The notes below the pieces were generated by a model. That model did not search any database, had not been told where the DNA came from, and was given only the letters and a program-made list of their open reading frames with translations. Source: Podarcis muralis (Eukaryota). From it: a stretch of DNA of 64,000 nt. Location: the NCBI RefSeq assembly GCF_964188315.1, contig NC_135661.1:77376001-77440000 (forward strand), in the 5' to 3' direction. Positions 61,713-64,000 of the stretch are shown one piece after another. Position 1 is the first letter of the stretch, and the number at the start of each line of letters is the position of its first letter. The translations under genes were made by a program, and so were the position numbers.

Positions 61713-62576
61713 ATACATCATGCGAAAGGCTGGGCTGGATGAATCCCAAGCTGGAATTAAGATTGCCGGAAGAAATATCAACAACCTCAGATATGCAGAT
61801 GACACAACCTTGATGGCAGAAAGTGAGGAGGAATTAAAGAACCTTTTAATGAGGGTGAAAGAGGAGAGCGCAAAATATGGTCTGAAGCTCAACATCAAAA
61901 AAACGAAGATCATGGCCACTGGTCCCATCACCTCCTGGCAAATAGAAGGGGAAGAAATGGAGGCAGTGAGAGATTTTACTTTCTTGGGCTCCATGATCAC
62001 TGCAGATGGTGACAGCAGCCACGAAATTAAAAGACGCCTGCTTCTTGGGAGAAGGGCAATGACAGGCCTAGACAGCATCTTGAGAAGTAGAGACGTCACC
62101 TTGCCAACAAAGGTCCGTATAGTTAAAGCCATGGTTTTCCCAGTAGTGATGTATGGAAGTGAGAGCTGGACCATAAAGAAGGCTGATCGCCGAAGAATTG
62201 ATGCTTTTGAATTATGGTGCTGGAGGAGACTCTTGAGAGTCCTATGGACTGCAAGAAGATCAAACGCATCCATTCTTAAGGAAATCAGCCCTGAGTGCTC
62301 ACTGGAAGGACAGATCGTGAAGCTGAGGCTCCAGTACTTTGGCCACCTCATGAGAAGACTCCCTGGAGAAGACACTGATGCTGGGAAAGATGGAGGGCAC
62401 AAGGAGAAGGGGGCGACAGAGGACGAGATGGTTGGATAGTGTTTTCGAGGTTACCAGCATGATTTTGACCAAACTGCGGGAAGTAGTGGAGGACAGAGAT
62501 GCCTGGCGTGCTCTGGTCCATGGGGTCACGAAGAGTCGGACACGACTAAACGACTAAACAACAACAACAACAACAA
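61713..62576 (+). mobile_element. RTE-BovB LINE, 5'-truncated 3' portion
   Basis: Reads AGIKIAGRNINNLRYADDTTLMAESEEELK...RRIDAFELWCWRRLL; ends gaagagtcggacacgactaaacgactaaa(caa)n. Confidence 0.95.
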
Positions 62577-62939
62577 GCAAAGGGGTGGAGCAGAGAAGGA
62601 AGAGGCCATCTTCCCCTAATGCTTCATATGCTTAGGTATGCTATTTTGGACAAGCACTCTGCATTTGCTCAGAGGTGCTTTTTCACACCTGTTCAAAATA
62701 TGTCCTGGTGATGCAGATTCTTGCTTCTGCAACACCCTTCAGAGAGTTGAGAAGCAAACATTGCAGCCCCCTAACACACACAAAACCAACCCTAACTTTG
62801 GCCATAAACTTTCCAGGTGGTCTTCTATATAGATCCTTATTCTCTTTCTTCTGTCCCACACCTGCCCTTCTCCCTAAAAATAACCACGCACCCCGACTGC
62901 AAAATTAGAAACTGAACTCATAGCTCCAACGGGAAACTT

Positions 62940-63380
62940 TTTATTTCTGGAGCGCCGGGTGTCACTCCGGGTTGCCGTGTAAACGGGGCGAGGGGCGCGA
63001 AACCGGATCTGCCCCTTCCTCGGCTTCTTGAAAGTTCCACTCCAGCGCCGAGACAGCTGGAGCCCGGCGCCGCCCCTTCCCTCTTTGACAGACAAGCCGA
63101 GCCAGGCCCGGATTGGACGGATTCGAAGCCAAGTCGAGAAGCTTCTGCAAAGTGTCAGCGCCCTTAAACCGGGTGGGGAAGAGAAAAATGCACTAGCGCG
63201 CGCAATAAGAGGGGCGGGGAGGGCGGTCTGCATATAAAGCCTGGGAGTAGCAGGCGGGCGCGCGCGTGCCGACGCTCTCCAGTTGTTTACAGCTGCGGCG
63301 CACTTTCAATATAGATAGCAATTTTTCCATTTGTTATTTCCAGTTGCTGTCAGAAGAAAAGGGGCTGCATCTTGCATAAG
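62940..63380 (+). promoter_or_regulatory. TATA-containing CpG promoter and probable non-coding first exon (about 63262-63380) of an unidentified plus-strand gene
   Basis: ATTGG at 63111, GC box GGGGCGGG near 63210, CATATAAAG at 63231-63239, donor AAG|GTATAT at 63380/63381, candidate acceptor tttatttacag|G at 63912/63913. Confidence 0.6.
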
Positions 63381-64000
63381 GTATATATGGCTGTATTGCA
63401 GCTTGTTTATGTGCATGCATGGGTGGGAGCAGAAGTTTGGCGTCTCTACAACTGCGCACTTTTCCCGCCTTTGCAGCCAGGCGTCTGGGGCGGGCTCCCT
63501 CGGATTCCAGTAAGGATCGCGGGGGATCCTCGCAGGAGGGATCCCCAGGCGCGGGTCGTTCCTGTGGATTGCACCGCGCGAAAGCGAAGAGGCTGCGTGT
63601 ATTCGGGCTACTGTTGTGGAGCGGATGGTTTAATCTCCAGTGCAAGAGTGCCCCTGAGCATAGTGCAGAGTGGCTTTGCTGCCCCGCGGCGTAAAACACG
63701 GGTTCGGTTCTAGGGCTTGACCTGAGCTTCGCCGTTGGTTGCGTTTGGAAACGAGTCGCTGGAATTTGGGGTCCAGCCAGCACCCCAAATTGGGGAGGGG
63801 CGACGAACGCATCTTTCGCCACTTTTTTGTGTGCGCTAATTTGGAATGGGCTGCGGAAGTTACGATCCTGATTGCCTTTTTCTTATGGCCTTTGCAGACG
63901 CTTTATTTACAGGATCCTTACCGTGTTCCAACTCAGAACTTGCTCTCATTGATCATTCTGCAAAGCTTGATTCCTTGCAAACGCAGCTCGGGTCTTATTT

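Noticed and set aside
61629-62402. 257-aa minus-strand ORF
   Set aside because: Antisense shadow of the BovB RT frame.

Overview
Eukaryotic, repeat-rich genomic DNA from a squamate, most likely a lacertid lizard (Sauria SINEs, BovB, L2/CR1/L1 fragments, TA-flanked MITEs). I see no tRNA, rRNA or CRISPR loci. Gene models were built by hand from splice signals. (1) A minus-strand tandem cluster of three five-exon genes with two LU (three-finger) domains, of the PLA2-inhibitor-gamma/PINLYP family: gene A 2864-8014, gene B 17258-25011 and gene C 27377-33548. A and B come from a tandem duplication. A has a single premature TAA that removes an otherwise intact stalk and GPI signal, so it is predicted to be secreted. 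A and B both lack the loop-I disulfide of domain 1, and their exon 4 has diverged almost entirely by amino-acid changes while the adjacent intron is about 97% identical. (2) An IRGC-like immunity-related GTPase with a single coding exon (44536-45750, minus) and a CpG-island promoter carrying IRF/GAS-like motifs. (3) A complete, very young Gypsy LTR retrotransposon (50796-55742) with an intact 1358-aa Gag-Pol, LTRs that differ by one base, a tRNA-Ser PBS and a CTGTT TSD. (4) Two more CpG promoters (about 57 kb and 63 kb) whose genes I could not identify. Other points of interest: a short poly(A)-tailed insertion with a 17-bp TSD, a chimeric splice-acceptor/L1 junction in gene B, and LTR-like repeats that read as acidic protein.
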